Shown: positions 39,561 to 50,379, counted from the stretch's first letter. The stretch: DNA of 64,000 bases from Verrucomicrobiales bacterium (GCA_031411295.1 JANOAV010000174.1:27054-91053), one strand, 5' to 3'. Made by a program: numbers and translations. The notes: generated from the sequence alone by a model not told the origin.

Positions 39561-41783
39561 ATGTTTCTGGTAAAATTTAGGTTTATCTGGTTGCTGGCGT
39601 TATTGCTGCCCCACCAAGTGATAGCGAATGAGCCCCCCTCGTTTCGCAATGACGTGCTGCCCGTCTTATCCAAGGCGGGCTGCAATACTGGTGGCTGTCA
39701 TGGTGCGCTGGCTGGCAAGGGAGGATTTCGGTTGTCGTTGTTTGGATATAATCCGGAGGCGGACTTTCTTAGCATCACGCGGGAGTCCCGCGGGCGGCGG
39801 GTGGAGTTGTCTGATCCTGGATCCAGTCTTATTTTGACCAAGCCCACCACCGCTCTGGCGCATAAAGGCGGCAAGCGCATCGAAGGGAATTCCGTGGACT
39901 ATCAAGTCTTGGCGGATTGGATCAAAGCAGGCTGCCCGGGGCCGCAAGCGGATGAGGTGACTCTGACTGGACTAAGCATCACGCCTGCGGAAAGCGCGCT
40001 GCAACCGGGTCAGGAAATCCAACTGCGCGTGGTCGCAAAATATAGCAATGGCAACGAACGCGACGTCACGCGATGGGCAAAATTTACCTCCGCCGATGAA
40101 ACCGTGGCGACGGCGGACGGATCTGGCAAAGTGAATGTGATTGGCAGTGGGCAGGGATCGGTGACCGCTTGGTTCTCGTCGCAGATCGTGATCGCTCGCA
40201 TCGTGTCGCCCTATCCCCACCAAGTTCCGGCGGAGATCTATGCGCAGGCTCCGCGCACAAACTTCATTGATGACCTGGTGCTGGAGCAATTGCAGAAACT
40301 CCACCTCAAGCCGTCCCCGCCAGCCACGGATGCGGTCTTCGTGAGGCGTGCTTACTTGGATACCATCGGCCGACTCCCCACGCCGGAGGAAGCCCGGGCC
40401 TTTGTGGCGGATCGATCTCCCGGCAAGTATGAACGCTTGGCAGACCTGCTGCTGGCGCGGCCGGAATTCATTGATTACTGGACTTATAAATGGAGTGATT
40501 TACTGCTCCTAACCGGAGCCAAGTTGCGTCCTGATGCGATTGCCGCCTATTATCAATGGGTGCGGGATCGGGTGGCGCAGAATTTGCCGTGGGATGAATT
40601 GGTGCGGCAAATCATTACCGCCAAAGGTTCGGCCACGGAGCATGGAGCCACGAATTTCTTTGCTGTGCATCAGGATCCGGAAACGATGGCAGAGAATGTT
40701 AGTCAGGCGTTTCTTTCGCTCTCGATCAATTGCGCCAAGTGCCATAATCACCCGCTGGAGAAATGGACCAACGATCAATACTACGCCTTCGCCAACTTGT
40801 TCGCGCGCGTTCGGGCCAAGGGCTGGGGCGGTGACCCACGCGAAGGCGACGGGCATCGCACATTGTATGTGGAAGCCCTGGGTGATCTCATTCAGCCTCG
40901 CACGGGCAAGCCGCAACCACCCGCTCCGCTGGACGCGCCAGCCATTCCCAGTGATGCCCCCGGAGATCGTCGGGAGGTGTTGGCATCCTGGCTAACCGAT
41001 GCCGCCAATCCCTATTTCGCACGGGCGATCACGAATCGCGTGTGGGCGAATTTCCTGGGGGTGGGGATCGTGGAAGGGGTGGATGACCTGCGCGTTTCCA
41101 ACCCTGCCAGTAACGAAAAACTGCTGGCGGCCCTGGCAGATGATCTGAAGAAAAATCGCTTCAATTTAAAAGTCCTCATGCGCCAGATTCTCCTGTCACA
41201 AACCTATCGCAGAGCGGGCGATACGCTGCCGGAGAACCTGGACGACCGTCGCTACTACGCGCATTTCTATCCCCGCCGACTCATGGCCGAAGTCATGAGT
41301 GATGCCATCGCGGATGTCACCAAGGTGCGCGACAGTTACACGGAAATTGCCCTCAATGATGGTTCGTCGCAGAAGACCGAAATTTACGGCAGCAACACTC
41401 GGGCCCTGCAATTACAGGACTCAGCGGTGCGTTCGTATTTCCTGAAAACGTTCGGGCGCAATGCGCGGGACATCACTTGCGAATGCGAGCGATCCAATCA
41501 ACCCAGCCTGGTGCAAGTGCTGCACCTTTCCAACGGCTCAACCATTAACGACAAACTGGCCCACAAAGCCGGCGTGGTTAGCCAAATCATGGCGAGCGAA
41601 ATTCCCGCACCCCAAATCGTGACCGACGCCTGGTGGCTGTGTCTAAGTCGGGAGCCTAACGCAAATGAGCGCAAGGAGTTCGAGGAGATGCTAACCAAGG
41701 CTCCGGCAGCGGAGAAACGCCAGGTGGTGGAGGATCTTTATTGGTCGCTGCTCACCAGTCGCGAATTTTTATTCCAACACTAG
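39561..41783 (+). CDS. DUF1549/DUF1553 protein with an Ig-like (Big_2) domain
   Basis: PSFRNDVLPVLSKAGCNTGGCHG, RDVT, RRAYLDTIG, CAKCHNHP, CECER, SREFLFQH. Confidence 0.92.
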   Translation: MFLVKFRFIWLLALLLPHQVIANEPPSFRNDVLPVLSKAGCNTGGCHGALAGKGGFRLSLFGYNPEADFLSITRESRGRRVELSDPGSSLILTKPTTALAHKGGKRIEGNSVDYQVLADWIKAGCPGPQADEVTLTGLSITPAESALQPGQEIQLRVVAKYSNGNERDVTRWAKFTSADETVATADGSGKVNVIGSGQGSVTAWFSSQIVIARIVSPYPHQVPAEIYAQAPRTNFIDDLVLEQLQKLHLKPSPPATDAVFVRRAYLDTIGRLPTPEEARAFVADRSPGKYERLADLLLARPEFIDYWTYKWSDLLLLTGAKLRPDAIAAYYQWVRDRVAQNLPWDELVRQIITAKGSATEHGATNFFAVHQDPETMAENVSQAFLSLSINCAKCHNHPLEKWTNDQYYAFANLFARVRAKGWGGDPREGDGHRTLYVEALGDLIQPRTGKPQPPAPLDAPAIPSDAPGDRREVLASWLTDAANPYFARAITNRVWANFLGVGIVEGVDDLRVSNPASNEKLLAALADDLKKNRFNLKVLMRQILLSQTYRRAGDTLPENLDDRRYYAHFYPRRLMAEVMSDAIADVTKVRDSYTEIALNDGSSQKTEIYGSNTRALQLQDSAVRSYFLKTFGRNARDITCECERSNQPSLVQVLHLSNGSTINDKLAHKAGVVSQIMASEIPAPQIVTDAWWLCLSREPNANERKEFEEMLTKAPAAEKRQVVEDLYWSLLTSREFLFQH

Positions 41784-44561
41784 ATGATGATGCCAATTAA
41801 ATTTTATGCAGGGCTCTGGGTAGCCGCTAACGTGAGTCTGGTGGTGGCGTCAGCCGAGGACATTTCCTACGCCAAGGACATCGCCCCCATTCTCCGCAGC
41901 TACTGTGCGGGTTGCCACAATGACAAGGATCATGAGGCGAAGCTCAGCGTGGAGACCTACGCGCAACTGCGGCAGGGCGGGGAAGATCAGGGCGATCCGA
42001 TCAAGCCGAACAATGCGGATGGTTCCTACCTGATTCGCGCTACGCATGGTGCTGGGAAGAATCACATGCCGCCGAAGGATGAACCACAGGTTCCTGCCAG
42101 TGAGTTAGCCACGCTGAAACGTTGGGTGGCCGCAGGTGCGCTGGGACCGCAAAAGGATGAATCCATTCTGCGCCAACTGATCGTGCCCAGCATCCCCGCT
42201 GCAGCTGGGGAGAAACCCATTACGGCAGCGGCCTATGCAGTGGATGGCACCCAATTGGCGATCGCCCGCACTGGCTTGGTGGAATTGCGGGACCCTGTCA
42301 CCACCATGGTAAAACAAACGATGGCAGGAATCCCCGGCAAAATCAATGCGGTGCATTTCAGTGCCGATGGAAAGCAACTGATCATCGCCACCGGCATCAC
42401 AGGCCTGCATGGAGTGGTGCAACTGCGGGACGTGGCCACAGGGGCTGTGATTCGCGAGTTCGGCGGACATAACGACGTCTTGTATGATGCGGAAATTTCG
42501 CCTGATGGAAAATTGTTAGCCACCGCAGGGTATGATCGATCCATTCGGCTCTGGCAGTTGGCGGACGGGAAATTGTTGCGCACCATCGACATCCATAAAG
42601 GTGCCGTGTTCGATCTCGCCTGGCATCCTTCCGGTCAAGTGCTGGCCAGTGCCAGTGCGGATGAGACGGTGAAACTCTGGCGCGTGGCCGACGGCGTGCG
42701 ACTGGACACGCTGAACCAACCGCAGGGCGAAATTTACACCGTCACCTTCACGAAAGATGGCAACCACATCTTGGCCGCCGGCAAGGATAAACGGATTTAC
42801 CTGTGGAAGTTCACCTCACTGGAAACCCCGGGCTCCAATCCAGTGCTGATCTCGCGATTCGCTCACGAAACCAGCATCACCAGCATTGCCCTAAGCCGGG
42901 ATGGCAAGCACTTGCTAAGCACGGCGGAAGATCGCTCGCTGAAGTTGTGGAGTCTGCCGGAACTGAGTTTGGCGCATGCCTATGCAGCGCAGTCTGATAT
43001 CGCTGGTGTATTGCTAGGCGAGCCAACAGCTGGGTTTCTAGTGGCTCGCATGGATGGCTCCCTGAGCAGGGTGGCGGTTGCTTCCGGTCCTGCTAGTGCT
43101 GCTCCTATCGTGGCACAGAGCCTGCCTGCTCCGTTGGTGGCGGAGGGGACGCTGCAAAAAGTGACCGAGATAGAACCTAATCAAAACGCGGCCACCGCCA
43201 CGCCCATTACCATGCCCGCAGAGATCAAGGGAGCCATCTCAGCCGAGGGTGATGAAGATTATTTCCGTTTTCATGCCGCTGCTGGTGCCACCCTGACCTT
43301 GGAAGTAAATGCGGCTCGGTCCAAATCTGCCCTGGATTCACGCCTCGAAGTGCTGCACGCCGATGGGACTCCAGTGGAGCAGGTGGTGCTGCAAGCCACG
43401 CGCGATTCCTGGTTCACGTTCCGGGGGAAAAACTCGGACACCTCAGATGATTTCCGAGTCCAGAACTGGGCGGAAATGGAGTTGAACGAATACCTCTATG
43501 CCAATGGTGAAGTGGTCAAATTGTGGCTCTACCCACGCGGCCCAGACTCCGGATTCAAAGTGTATCCCGGCGTGGGCAATCGGCATACGTGGTTCGGAAC
43601 TCCTGCGCTGGCGCATGCGTTAGGAGAGCCCGCGTATATCGTGCGGCCGCTGCCTCCCGGCTCGCAACCAGCCCCCACCGGGTTGCCCGTGTTTCATGTG
43701 GATTACGTCAACGACGACGAAACCACGCGGCGTTTCGGGGCCGACTCCCAACTGCTGTTCACCGCTCCCGCTGAGGCTGATTACGTGGTTAAGCTAACCG
43801 ATGTCCGCGGATTTGGTGGGGCGAACTTCAACTATACTCTAACCGTGCGACCGCAGCAGCCGGATTTCTCCGTCAGCATCGGCGGCAAAAGTCCGAAAGT
43901 CAGTCCGGGGAGTGGTCGGGAAATCAGCTTCAGCGTCGTCCGCACCGAAGGATTCGAGGGGCCGGTGCGCATTGATGTGGATCATCTGCCGCCGGGATTT
44001 TCCGCCAGCAGCCCCATTGAGATCGAAGCTGGTCAGCCTTCTGCCATCATGGTTTTGAGCGCAGCTCCAGCGGCCACCGTGCCGGATGCGGCCGCCGCCA
44101 AGGCGGTTACGGTAACTGCCAGCGCCACCATCCGAGGCCAGGAAGTGAAACACGAACTGGGTTCGCTAGGCGATCTGCAACTTGCCCCAGCCGCCAAGGT
44201 GGTCGTGGCAATTTTACCAGGCGAGGATCGCTCCTACGTGCAGGAATCCGCAGACGGATCGCTCCAACTTAGCATTCGCCCCGGCCAAACGATTGCCGCC
44301 AAAGTCCGCGCCACGAGACATGATTTCACCGGCCCCATCGAGCTTGGCAAAGAAGACTGCGGCCGCAACCTGCCGCACGGACTCTACGTGGATAACATTG
44401 GGCTCAATGGGCTCTTGATCGTCCCAGAGCAAACCGAGCGCGAGTTCTTCATCACCGCCTCCCTCATTGCCCAACCGGGCACCCGACTGTTCCATCTGCA
44501 GGCCACCGCCGATGGCGGCCAAACGTCCCGCCCCGTGAAAATTCAAGTGTTGGCACCTTAA
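41784..44561 (+). CDS. Planctomycete cytochrome c (PSCyt1) + WD40 + PPC-domain protein
   Basis: DIAPIL..CAGCH..HMPP; GH..FS.DG..D.S.RLW WD40 repeats; EIEPN..DEDYFRF..LDSRLEV PPC-like part. Confidence 0.88.
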   Translation: MMMPIKFYAGLWVAANVSLVVASAEDISYAKDIAPILRSYCAGCHNDKDHEAKLSVETYAQLRQGGEDQGDPIKPNNADGSYLIRATHGAGKNHMPPKDEPQVPASELATLKRWVAAGALGPQKDESILRQLIVPSIPAAAGEKPITAAAYAVDGTQLAIARTGLVELRDPVTTMVKQTMAGIPGKINAVHFSADGKQLIIATGITGLHGVVQLRDVATGAVIREFGGHNDVLYDAEISPDGKLLATAGYDRSIRLWQLADGKLLRTIDIHKGAVFDLAWHPSGQVLASASADETVKLWRVADGVRLDTLNQPQGEIYTVTFTKDGNHILAAGKDKRIYLWKFTSLETPGSNPVLISRFAHETSITSIALSRDGKHLLSTAEDRSLKLWSLPELSLAHAYAAQSDIAGVLLGEPTAGFLVARMDGSLSRVAVASGPASAAPIVAQSLPAPLVAEGTLQKVTEIEPNQNAATATPITMPAEIKGAISAEGDEDYFRFHAAAGATLTLEVNAARSKSALDSRLEVLHADGTPVEQVVLQATRDSWFTFRGKNSDTSDDFRVQNWAEMELNEYLYANGEVVKLWLYPRGPDSGFKVYPGVGNRHTWFGTPALAHALGEPAYIVRPLPPGSQPAPTGLPVFHVDYVNDDETTRRFGADSQLLFTAPAEADYVVKLTDVRGFGGANFNYTLTVRPQQPDFSVSIGGKSPKVSPGSGREISFSVVRTEGFEGPVRIDVDHLPPGFSASSPIEIEAGQPSAIMVLSAAPAATVPDAAAAKAVTVTASATIRGQEVKHELGSLGDLQLAPAAKVVVAILPGEDRSYVQESADGSLQLSIRPGQTIAAKVRATRHDFTGPIELGKEDCGRNLPHGLYVDNIGLNGLLIVPEQTEREFFITASLIAQPGTRLFHLQATADGGQTSRPVKIQVLAP

Positions 44562-44665
44562 AAGTTGAACGCAGCGTTGGGGATTTACCTCAGTTGGTTG
44601 ATTTTCCATTGGCGCTTTGGCGCTTGGTCCTTTACCAAAAGTGAAATTCCATTTGGCTAAGCATC

Positions 44666-45424
44666 ATGATAGCGACTGCAACGTTCCCATTACATCACGT
44701 CTTCGTAGATTACGAAAACGTCCACGACTCGTTGATAGGCCACGTCGGTCAGGCCTCCGTGCATTTCACGCTGCTGGTTGGCGCCCATCAGACCAGGCTG
44801 GATGCCGCTCTGGTGGAGCAGTTGATGAATCATGCGCAATCGGTTCAACTCGTGCGGCTCACCTCTTCAGGTAAAAATGCCCTCGATTTCGTGCTGGCCT
44901 ATCATGTGGGGCGTGCCGCTGTAGCGAGTCCATCGGCTCAGTTTCATATCGTTTCGAAGGACACGGGCTTTGATGCCTTGGTAAAGCATTTGTTGCTCCA
45001 GCAAATTAAAATTCAGCGGCACAATGACTTGAGCACACTTCCATTCGCCCCCAAGTTCCCCAAGGGCGTGCGCGCGCCGATCGCGAAGCCCTTGCCGAAA
45101 CCCAAGGCCAAGGAGGTGCCAAAAGCGACGAAGGCCACCTCTGCGCAGGAGATAGATTGGTATGAACGAGTCGTGGATTACCTGGAGAGCAAAGTGGATC
45201 ATCGCCCGTCACGCCTGAAGAGCCTGACAACCTACATCAAGGCCTTCTGCGGAAAAAACGTTACTGATGAAGGGGTGGCTCAGATTCTTGAACGTCTGGA
45301 TTGGGAAGAGGAAATCGATATCGACAGTAAGGGAGCGGTTACTTATCGAGCACCAAGAATCCTGCTTAATGTAGTTTCTCCGCTGGATACGCTCTATGTT
45401 GACGAAGATGATATCCCCTTCTGA
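44666..45424 (+). CDS. PIN-domain (PIN7/NYN-like) protein with an acidic DDIPF tail
   Basis: VFVDYENV, GKNALDFVLAYHVG, IVSKDTGFDAL acidic PIN motifs; ends DEDDIPF. Confidence 0.82.
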   Translation: MIATATFPLHHVFVDYENVHDSLIGHVGQASVHFTLLVGAHQTRLDAALVEQLMNHAQSVQLVRLTSSGKNALDFVLAYHVGRAAVASPSAQFHIVSKDTGFDALVKHLLLQQIKIQRHNDLSTLPFAPKFPKGVRAPIAKPLPKPKAKEVPKATKATSAQEIDWYERVVDYLESKVDHRPSRLKSLTTYIKAFCGKNVTDEGVAQILERLDWEEEIDIDSKGAVTYRAPRILLNVVSPLDTLYVDEDDIPF

Positions 45425-45436
45425 GGCGATTAAGCG

Positions 45437-47362
45437 CTAGGGAGCGACCATACGCCATTGTTCATCGAAGAATCCGGAGCGGATGATTCTACCTGCGGTC
45501 TGGGCATCAGGCGGTTGGGTGAGATCGAAAAGGGCGTAATCTCCGAGCTTTGGATTTTGCAGCGCATTGGTAGAGCTGTGACCTTCACGGAAGGAACACC
45601 CGTTGTTGAGCACGAGGTAACGCTGGGGGTTGGCAGGATTGGGGTAAATCAACGCTGGGACGGTGGTGGCTCCTGGATGAACCTTGCCATCGAACAGCAC
45701 ATTCCCCTGCTCATCCCAGTGGATGGGCAGACGGTCCTGGATGCGGGTAATCACGCTGTTACCGACGGCATCTCCCCAGCAAATGAGGCTGAAATTGGCC
45801 ATGTCCTCTTTGGTCACTTCGGTATCCTTTTTCACTCGCAGGGTGCCCCTAAAAAGTTCGCGCCATTGTTTCGCGAAGCGGGCGGCTTCGAACTGGGTCC
45901 AGCGCTCGACGGTGGGATTCGCGCAGGGCTTGGACGGCATCACCACGAGAAATGGGGTTAGCAAAACATCATCCATGGGACCTTAGAGGCCGTGCTGTTT
46001 CTGCAAACCTGCTGTGCTTGTTGTGCTAGTGGGGGTGGTTTGCCAAGTGCCGCTGAGCCGACTGAGGTTGCTAGCGGCGGGAAGTTTGGTGCCATCGATT
46101 TCAATGCTGGTTGCTCCCAGCTTAGGATCCAAGCGCAGGCTTGTGATGTTCTTCGTTGTCAGTTGGAGATTGGTTCCGGTGAGCTTCGCATCCACGCGAC
46201 TGTCGTCCCAGTGTTTCCCTAACGACGTAATTTCCAGCCAGTCAAACTGATTGTAGCGCAGGGTGCGGGTTTGCAGATGGATCTCGGCAGGCTTGAGGTT
46301 ACGCCCTTTGACGAGGGCATCATCAATGAGCTTCTGAACTTCTTTGATGACCTGTGGATGGTATTTGTGAGGCATGCCGGGGCCGATGAGGTGAGTCAAC
46401 TTCATACCCTCTTCCCGCAAGGCGGCTTCCATCAAGTCCGCAGCCGCTTTCTGCGCATCGACTTCGCCACTGTAGGCCACGAGAGGAATATTCAGATAGT
46501 TACGGGCATACTTGGGCACATCATAGACTCCCCAAAGTGCCTGCTCAATCGGTGGCGGCATTTTGTCAGGAGTCAGCTTGGTGTATTTCTCCACGTCCAC
46601 AAAACCAGCCCCCGGATGCACCACCGCCCAGCGATTGGCATAATGTGCCCCCAGGTGCCACGCGCCCGCTCCGCCCATACTGAAGCCCATCAGAGCGATA
46701 CGGTTGAGATCAACTGGATACATCTTTTGTGCAGCGGCAGTAGCCTCGATGACATCGATTTCGCCTGCTGATTTGTAACCGATGCAGTGTCGGCCAAACG
46801 GGAAAATGGTCAGCGTTCCAGAGGGTGGGGGAAACTGGCCTTTCTTCGTCTCGCAATGTTTCAGGTAATAAAGATTGGTTTCTTTGTCCCCACGTCCATG
46901 CAGCCAGACATACATCGGGCCGGGCTTGCCTTTGAGATCATAGTCATCCCTCAGCTCCACGCCGAAGGGTTGCGCGCTCCCGTCCACGCTGCTGCGATAG
47001 CCACGCACGACCAGTCCCTTCTGAGTGGTCCAAGAGGCTTTACCCGCTTTGAGTTCAGCGATCCGTGCCGTGGCGGTTTGTAGCTGTTGTTTCGCCAATG
47101 CCGTGTCTTTGGCGGCATAGAATTCCCCATTCTCCACCGCCAGCGCAGCTGACTCCAAATAAACTTCAGCATCTGGCAGTAAGGGGTTTTTCTCAAGGCC
47201 AACCAGTGATTTCCTAACGGTGGAGATTTCTGCTCGCAGGCTCGCGAGTTCCACATCCTCAATGGTCACCCCAGGGGGCGGGAGTTTGCGTTCGGGCAAC
47301 TTAAGCTCATCGGCCCAAAAAACTGCGGGCAGGGTTAATAAGAGTAGGGTAAGGCGCAACAT
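45437..47362 (-). pseudogene. Secreted alpha/beta-hydrolase (prolyl oligopeptidase-like) interrupted by one in-frame TAA
   Basis: WLHGRG and GFSMGG motifs. ..KQHGL-TAA(45983-45985)-GPMDDVL.. continues in the same frame to 45437. Confidence 0.8.
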
Positions 47363-47444
47363 TTGAAAATCATTTCCCAATGATGCAGGCGCGTCAATGC
47401 TAGGGCCGGCCATGAATACGGGGTGGCATGAATCACCGACCTAT

Positions 47445-48374
47445 CTATCGACCACGAAAGCGTTGGCCAACCCAAAGGTCACCACCAGTGCCCCCGGCCG
47501 CATACGCTTGAGGTCGCACCCCTTGTCGGATCTGCACCAAAGCGGATAAGATCTCCATGACAAAGGCAGCCGAACCGAGGATCACCCCTTTCACGAAAGC
47601 TGGCTGGCGGGCTCGCAGGGCGCGGATTATCGATGGCTTCTCGGAAATGTGATCCTCGGGTGTCGCGAGGAGTGCTTGATAGGTTGTTGCGGATTCGCTG
47701 GAAGGCTCAGCATCCGCCATGAGCGCTCGCAATCCCTGCTGGCTGGCGCGATTTCCCAGCGCGGCACTGCCTGCACCAGAGAAAGGATAATCGCTGGCAT
47801 TTGCGGCCACTTCTGCGCGCACTGGATTAAGATCAATGTAAGCGGCCACGAGATGCAGGGGATTCTGCGCAGCAACACCCGCTTCAATGAGCACACTTTT
47901 GAATCGCTCAGTCCAGATGGTTCCCGTGGTGTCGTGACGGTGGTTATACCACATGGTGAACCGCTGCTTCAAGAGCTTCATGAAAACAGAGAGGTCGTGC
48001 ATGCGTCCAAGATGCGCAGCCTTTTCCTCCTCCCATAAATGGTTCGCATTTCCGGTGACAGCGTCATTGAGCAGGCTTTGGAGCTGTTCCGCGGAGTCAG
48101 AACCATAAAGATGAGCCACCCGTTTGATGAGATGCTGCGGATCGAGTCGTGAATCTGCCTCAGGTTTCTCGGGAACGCGGAGCAATATATGAAAGTGGTT
48201 ACTCATCACACAGAAAGTCAGCACCTCCACACCGCAATAGTAACTAACCCGATGCAGTAGTTCCATGAGATACTGCTTCTCTTCCTCGCCCAGCCAAAGC
48301 TGGGCTTGGGTGATGCGGCAGATAACGTGATAGCAAGCTGGGCGATGGAGAATCTTGAGGCGAGGGCGACGCAT
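47445..48374 (-). mobile_element. REP-associated tyrosine transposase (RAYT/TnpA-REP, Y1 HUH family)
   Basis: YHVICR, CVMSNHFHILL (HUH), LKQRFTMWYN..GTIWTERFKS, YIDLNPVRA, YPFS. Confidence 0.88.
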
Positions 48375-48433
48375 GGGAATTGGGAGTGGAGAATGACGTA
48401 TATTGGAGGTGGTCGGAATGCGTGTCAATAAAT

Positions 48434-48448
48434 TAGGGACTGTCCCTA
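48434..48448. repeat. Short palindrome upstream of the RAYT gene
   Basis: TAGGGAC-T-GTCCCTA, about 60 bp before the transposase start. Confidence 0.5.
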
Positions 48449-48489
48449 TTAGACAAAAGTGTCATGTCCACGAATGTTTGATTTGCGGG

Positions 48490-50379
48490 TTATTTCCCGA
48501 GGTAGGCCAGGATCTTGGCGGTGGCGGCTTGGGGGGTGATGCCGTGTTTTTCGCGGAGGATTTCTGGTTTGCCGTGTTCGACGAAGGCGTCGGGCCAGCC
48601 GATGCGTTCGACGGGGGTGGGGACGCCTTGGGTGTGGAGAAGTTCGATGACGCTGGCTCCGAAGCCGTGCATGAGGACGTGGTCTTCGAAGGTGCAGACG
48701 ACGCGGCATTGTGCGGCGTAATGCGTGATGGTCTTGGCGTCCAGTGGCTTGATCCAGCGGGGATTAATGAGCGCCACGCTGATTCCTTGGGCCTCGAGGA
48801 GGATCTTGGTTGCTTTGGCCATTTCAAACATCAAGCCGAGTCCGATGAGAGCTACGTCTTTGCCATCCTGCACCACTTCTGCTTCACCAATGGTTAGGAG
48901 TTGTGGGGTCTCTTTGGGCTTGGCTCCGGTGCCGGTGCCGCGGGGATAGCGAATGCAGGTAGGACCTTGATCGTATTGGGCCATGGTCCAGAGCATATCG
49001 GCAAATTCCTCCTCATCCTTGGGGGACATGTGGATGAGGCCTGGAATGTGGCGCAAATAGCCAATATCAAATAAGCCATGGTGGGTGGGGCCGTCATCGC
49101 CACTGAGGCCGCCACGGTCCATGCAGAGGCGCACGGGGAGGTTTTGCAGGGCGATGTCATGCACGATCATGTCGTAGGCCCGTTGCATGAAGGTTGAGTA
49201 AATGGCGAGGAAGGGTCGCAATTTCCGTGTGGCCATTCCGCAGGCGAACAGCGCGGCGTGTTCTTCGGCAATGCCCACGTCGAAGTAGCGCTCGGGCACT
49301 TCCTTTTTGAACAAGGCTAGGCCGGTGCCGCTGGGCATGGCGGCGGTAATAGCGCAAATCTTCGGATCTGTTTTGGCAAATTTCACCAAGCTGCTGGCGA
49401 AGACAGCGGAGAAGGTTGGGGTGGCAGTGGCTTCAGTTTCTCCGGTCTCGGTTTTGTATGGCCCCAGGCCGTGGAACTTTTCTTGATTAACCAAGGCAGG
49501 CTCATAGCCCCGGCCTTTTTCAGTGATGATGTGCAGCAGCACTGGTTCGTTCTGTTTCTTTAGAAACTCGAACGTTTTCACCAGCAGGGGAATATCGTGG
49601 CCGTCAATGGGGCCGTAATAACGGAAACCAAATTCCTCGAAGAGGACGCTGGGCATGATGAGGTGTTTGGCACTCTCTTCGATCTTGTGGGCGAATTCCC
49701 GGAGGGCTTTACCGGCAATTTTCTCCACCACCGTGGCGGCTTTCTCGTGAATTTGGCGGTAGGTTGGGTTGGTCCCAATTTTGTTGAAATAACGGGCGAT
49801 GGCCCCGACATTTTTGTCGATGGACCATTCGTTGTCGTTGAGCACCACGATAAATTTCTTGGTGCTGGCCACGTTGTTCATGGCTTCAAAGGTGGGGCCA
49901 CAGGTGAATGCGGCGTCCCCGGCCACACAGACGACATGTTCGTCTCCGCCTGCGATATCGCGCGCGACGGCCATGCCGAGGGCGGCAGACATGGCGGTGC
50001 CGGCGTGGCCTGCGCCATAGCAGTCATGTTCACTTTCCGTGCGCAGCAGGAAACCGTTGAGCCCTTCGTAGGTGCGGATGGAGCTGAGTTTGTCCCATCG
50101 GCCGGTTAACATTTTGTGCACGTAGCCCTGATGGCTGACATCGAAAACAAATTTGTCTTTGGGGGTCTCGAAAACCCGGTGCAGGGCGATGCTGAGTTCG
50201 ACGACGCCCAAATTTGGACCTAAGTGTCCGCCGGTTTTTGCCAGACAGGAGATGAGGTCGTGCCGGACTTTGTCAGCCAACAGTAGCAACTGAGCCGAGG
50301 ACAAAGCCTTGACGTCTGCAGGGGAATGGATGGGCGGGAGACTGGAAAAGTCGGGGGAGCTAGGAGAGGCGGATGTCAT
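48490..50379 (-). CDS. dxs: 1-deoxy-D-xylulose-5-phosphate synthase
   Basis: GGHLGPNLG, DVSHQ, GDAA..LNDN, GPIDGH, DVGIAEEH, DGPTHHG, IRYPRG. Confidence 0.97.
   Translation of the reverse strand: MTSASPSSPDFSSLPPIHSPADVKALSSAQLLLLADKVRHDLISCLAKTGGHLGPNLGVVELSIALHRVFETPKDKFVFDVSHQGYVHKMLTGRWDKLSSIRTYEGLNGFLLRTESEHDCYGAGHAGTAMSAALGMAVARDIAGGDEHVVCVAGDAAFTCGPTFEAMNNVASTKKFIVVLNDNEWSIDKNVGAIARYFNKIGTNPTYRQIHEKAATVVEKIAGKALREFAHKIEESAKHLIMPSVLFEEFGFRYYGPIDGHDIPLLVKTFEFLKKQNEPVLLHIITEKGRGYEPALVNQEKFHGLGPYKTETGETEATATPTFSAVFASSLVKFAKTDPKICAITAAMPSGTGLALFKKEVPERYFDVGIAEEHAALFACGMATRKLRPFLAIYSTFMQRAYDMIVHDIALQNLPVRLCMDRGGLSGDDGPTHHGLFDIGYLRHIPGLIHMSPKDEEEFADMLWTMAQYDQGPTCIRYPRGTGTGAKPKETPQLLTIGEAEVVQDGKDVALIGLGLMFEMAKATKILLEAQGISVALINPRWIKPLDAKTITHYAAQCRVVCTFEDHVLMHGFGASVIELLHTQGVPTPVERIGWPDAFVEHGKPEILREKHGITPQAATAKILAYLGK

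Noticed and set aside
45983..45985. Stop-codon reassignment or programmed readthrough
   Set aside because: TAA terminates many normal genes here (atpD, atpC, kdsA, dxs). A single instance is better explained by mutation or sequencing error.
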